A DNA stretch of 64,000 nucleotides, taken from Nemertoderma westbladi. Taxonomy: Eukaryota > Animalia > Xenacoelomorpha. The stretch is from contig JAUCBJ010001431.1 of assembly GCA_032718475.1 (NCBI GenBank), positions 71,350-135,349 on the forward strand, in the 5' to 3' direction. The translations under genes and the position numbers were made by a program. Below the pieces are notes generated by a model, which worked only from the letters and a program-made list of their open reading frames with translations, searched no databases and was not told where the DNA came from. Shown piece by piece: positions 59,101 through 64,000 of this stretch; position 1 is the stretch's first letter, and every line of letters starts with the position of its first letter.

Positions 59101-62100
59101 AGTTTGATACAGAGACTAATGTAAGTTAAACTTACCCAGTTTGATACAGAGACTAATGTAAGTTAAACTTACCCAGTTTGATACAGAGACTGATATAAGT
59201 TAAACTTACCCAGTTTGATACAGAGACTGCTGTAAGTTAAACTTACCCAGTTTGATGCAGAGACTAACTAATGTAAGTTAAACTTACCCAGTTTGATAAA
59301 GATACTAACTAATGTAAGTTAAACTTACCCAGTTTGATACAGAGACTAACTAATGTAAGTTAAACTTACCCAGTTTGATACAGAGACTAATGTAAGTTAA
59401 ACTTACCCAGTTTGATACAGAGACTGATGTAAGTTAAACTTACCCAGTTTGATACAGAGACTAACTAATGTAAGTTAAACTTACCCAGTTTGATACAGAG
59501 ACTAACTAATGTAAGTTAAACTTACCCAGTTTGATACAGAGACTAACTAATGTAAGTTAAACTTACCCAGTTTGATACAGAGACTAATGTAAGTTAAACT
59601 TACCCAGTTTGATACAGAGACTAACTAATGTAAGTTAAACTTACCCAGTTTGATACAGAGACTGATGTAAGTTAAACTTACCCAGTTTGATACAGAGACT
59701 AACTAATGTAAGTTAAACTTACCCAGTTTGATACAGAGACTAACTAATGTAAGTTAAACTTACCCAGTTTGATACAGAGACTAACTAATGTAATTAAACT
59801 TACCCAGTTTGATACAGAGACTAATGTAAGTTAAACTTACCCAGTTTGATACAGAGACTAACTAATGTAAGTTAAACTTACCCAGTTTGATACAGAGACT
59901 GATGTAAGTTAAACTTACCCAGTTTGATACAGAGACTAACTAATGTAAGTTAAACTTACCCAGTTTGATACAGAGACTAACTAATGTAAGTTAAACTTAC
60001 CCAGTTTGATACAGAGACTAACTAATGTAAGTTAAACTTACCCAGTTTGATACAGAGACTAATGTAAGTTAAACTTACCCAGTTTGATACAGAGACTGAT
60101 GTAAGTTTAACTTACCCAGTTTGATACAGAGACTGCTATAAGTTAAACTTACCCAGTTTGATACAGAGACTAATTTAAGTTAAACTTACCCAGTTTGATA
60201 CAGCGACTAATTTAAGTTAAACTTACCCAGTTTGATACAGAGACTAATGTAAGTTAAACTTACCCAGTTTGATACAGCGACTAATTTAAGTTAAACTTAC
60301 CCAGTTTGATACAGAGACTGATGTAAGTTAAACTTACCCAGTTTGATACAGAGACTGATGTAAGTTAAACTTACCCAGTTTGATACAGAGACTAATTTAA
60401 GTTAAACTTACCCAGTTTGATACAGAGACTAACTAATGTAAGTTAAACTTACCCAGTTTGATACAGAGACTAACTAATGTAAGTTAAACTTACCCAGTTT
60501 GATACAGAGACTAATGTAAGTTAAACTTACCCAGTTTGATACAGAGACTGATGTAAGTTTAACTTACCCAGTTTGATACAGAGACTGCTATAAGTTAAAC
60601 TTACCCAGTTTGATACAGAGACTAATTTAAGTTAAACTTACCCAGTTTGATACAGCGACTAATTTAAGTTAAACTTACCCAGTTTGATACAGAGACTAAT
60701 GTAAGTTAAACTTACCCAGTTTGATACAGCGACTAATTTAAGTTAAACTTACCCAGTTTGATACAGAGACTGATGTAAGTTAAACTTACCCAGTTTGATA
60801 CAGAGACTGATGTAAGTTAAACTTACCCAGTTTGATACAGAGACTAATGTAAGTTAAACTTACCCAGTTTGATACAGCGACTAATTTAAGTTAAACTTAC
60901 CCAGTTTGATACAGAGACTGATGTAAGTTAAACTTACCCAGTTTGATACAGAGACCGATGTAAGTTAAACTTACCCAGTTTGATACAGAGACTGATGTAA
61001 GTTAAACTTACCCAGTTTGATACAGAGACTGATGTAAGTTAAACTTACCCAGTTTGATACAGAGACTGATGTAAGTTAAACTTACCCAGTTTGATACAGC
61101 GACTAATTTAAGTTAAACTTACCCAGTTTGATACAGAGACTGATGTAAGTTAAACTTACCCAGTTTGATACAGAGACTGATGTAAGTTAAACTTACCCAG
61201 TTTGATACAGAGACTGATGTAAGTTAAACTTACCCAGTTTGATACAGAGACTAACTAATGTAAGTTAAACTTACCCAGTTTGATACAGAGACTAATGTAA
61301 GTTAAACTTATACAGTTTGATACAGAGACTAACTAATGTAAGTTAAACTTACCCAGTTTGATACAGAGACTAATGTAAGTTAAACTTACCCAGTTTGATG
61401 CAGAGACTAACTAATGTAAGTTAAACTTACCCAGTTTGATACAGAGACTAATGTAAGTTAAACTTACCCAGTTTGATACAGAGACTAACTAATGTAAGTT
61501 AAACTTACCCAGTTTGATACAGAGACTAACTAATGTAAGTTAAACTTACCCAGTTTGATAAAGAGACTAACTAATGTAAATTAAACTTACCCAGTTTGAA
61601 TCAGAGACTAATGTAAGTTAAACTTACCCAGTTTGATACAGAGACTAACTAATGTAAGTTAAACTTACCCAGTTTGATACAGAGACTAACTAATGTAAGT
61701 TAAACTTACCCAGTTTGATACAGAGACTAATGTAAGTTAAACTTATACAGTTTGATACAGAGACTAACTAATGTAAGTTAAACTTACCCAGTTTGATACA
61801 GAGACTAACTAATGTAAGTTAAACTTACCCAGTTTGATACAGAGACTAATGTAAGTTAAACTTATACAGTTTGATACAGAGACTAATGTAAGTTAAACTT
61901 ACCCAGTTTGATACAGAGACTGATATAAGTTAAACTTACCCAGTTTGATACAGAGACTAAGGTAAGTTAAACTTACCCAGTTTGATGCAGAGACTAACTA
62001 ATGTAAGTTAAACTTACCCAGTTTGATACAGAGACTAACTAATGTAAGTTAAACTTACCCAGTTTGATACAGAGACTAATGTAAGTTAAACTTACCCAGT

Positions 62101-64000
62101 TTGATACAGAGACTGATGTAAGTTAAACTTACCCAGTTTGATACAGAGACTAACTAATGTAAGTTAAACTTACCCAGTTTGATAAAGATACTAACTAATG
62201 TAAGTTAAACTTACCCAGTTTGATACAGAGACTAATGTAAGTTAAACTTACCCAGTTTGATACAGAGACTAACTAATGTAAGTTAAACTTACCCAGTTTG
62301 ATACAGAGACTAATGTAAGTTAAACTTACCCAGTTTGATACAGAGACTGATGTAAGTTAAACTTACCCAGTTTGATACAGAGACTAACTAATGTAAGTTA
62401 AACTTACCCAGTTTGATACAGAGACTAATGTAAGTTAAACTTACCCAGTTTGATACAGAGACTAATGTAAGTTAAACTTACCCAGTTTGATACAGAGACT
62501 GATATAAGTTAAACTTACCCAGTTTGATACAGAGACTGCTGTAAGTTAAACTTACCCAGTTTGATGCAGAGACTAACTAATGTAAGTTAAACTTACCCAG
62601 TTTGATAAAGATACTAACTAATGTAAGTTAAACTTACCCAGTTTGATACAGAGACTAACTAATGTAAGTTAAACTTACCCAGTTTGATACAGAGACTAAT
62701 GTAAGTTAAACTTACCCAGTTTGATACAGAGACTGATGTAAGTTAAACTTACCCAGTTTGATACAGAGACTAACTAATGTAAGTTAAACTTACCCAGTTT
62801 GATACAGAGACTAACTAATGTAAGTTAAACTTACCCAGTTTGATACAGAGACTAACTAATGTAAGTTAAACTTACCCAGTTTGATACAGAGACTAACTAA
62901 TGTAAGTTAAACTTACCCAGTTTGATACAGAGACTAATGTAAGTTAAACTTACCCAGTTTGATACAGAGACTGATGTAAGTTTAACTTACCCAGTTTGAT
63001 ACAGAGACTGCTATAAGTTAAACTTACCCAGTTTGATACAGAGACTAATTTAAGTTAAACTTACCCAGTTTGATACAGCGACTAATTTAAGTTAAACTTA
63101 CCCAGTTTGATACAGAGACTAATGTAAGTTAAACTTACCCAGTTTGATACAGCGACTAATTTAAGTTAAACTTACCCAGTTTGATACAGAGACTGATGTA
63201 AGTTAAACTTACCCAGTTTGATACAGAGACTGATGTAAGTTAAACTTACCCAGTTTGATACAGAGACTAATTTAAGTTAAACTTACCCAGTTTGATACAG
63301 AGACTAATGTAAGTTAAACTTACCCAGTTTGATACAGCGACTAATTTAAGTTAAACTTACCCAGTTTGATACAGAGACTAATGTAAGTTAAACTTACCCA
63401 GTTTGATACAGAGACTGATGTAAGTTAAACTTACCCAGTTTGATACAGAGACTAATGTAAGTTAAACTTACCCAGTTTGATACAGCGACTAATTTAAGTT
63501 AAACTTACCCATTTTGATACAGAGACTAATGTAAGTTAAACTTACCCAGTTTGATACAGAGACTAACTAATGTAAGTTAAACTTACCCAGTTTGATACAC
63601 AGACTAATGTAAGTTAAACTTACCCAGTTTGATAAAGAGACTAACTAATGTAAGTTAAACTTACCCAGTTTGATACAGAGACTAATGTAAGTTAAACTTA
63701 CCCAGTTTGATACAGAGACTAACTAATGTAAGTTAAACTTACCCAGTTTGATAAAGAGACTAACTAATGTAAGTTAAACTTACCCAGTTTGATAAAGAGA
63801 CTAACTAATGTAAGTTAAACTTACCCAGTTTGATAAAGAGACTAACTAATGTAAATTAAACTTACCCAGTTTGATACAGAGACTAATGTAAGTTAAACTT
63901 ACCCAGTTTGATACAGAGACTAACTAATGTAAGTTAAACTTACCCAGTTTGATACAGAGACTAATGTAAGTTAAACTTATACAGTTTGATACAGAGACTA
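53128..64000. repeat. 37/41-bp satellite array, right segment (more than 10.8 kb, runs off the window)
   Basis: Continuous head-to-tail repeats. Confidence 0.99.

Noticed and set aside
42977-64000. CRISPR array (37-bp partly palindromic repeat)
   Set aside because: Repeats are directly adjacent with no unique spacers, there are no cas genes, and the context is eukaryotic.
53128-64000. Telomeric repeat
   Set aside because: CTAACTAA in the 41-bp variant is not a TTAGG/TTAGGG array.

Overview
Eukaryotic (probably bilaterian invertebrate) AT-rich, repeat-dense window that runs into a large satellite array. There are two host-type genes. One is a type II membrane fibrinogen-related protein whose single 4.4-kb intron looks like a spliceable DNA transposon containing nested insertions. 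The other is an intronless FBXO11-like F-box gene with a 3' partial duplicate. The rest is mobile DNA: foldback elements and MITEs; two degenerate CRE-type (RLE) non-LTR retrotransposons; an internally deleted Polinton/Maverick (AGTAGT termini, 6-bp TSD, PolB and capsid remnants) carrying a near-intact Gypsy; a 7.85-kb tandem duplication; and a solo LTR. A 37/41-bp dyad-containing satellite (about 42977 to the window end) is interrupted by a young BEL/Pao-type LTR element. That element encodes one intact 1933-aa Gag-protease protein with a hydrophobic C-terminal segment and no recognisable RT, RNase H or integrase core. All family assignments come from motif recognition by eye; no searches were run.
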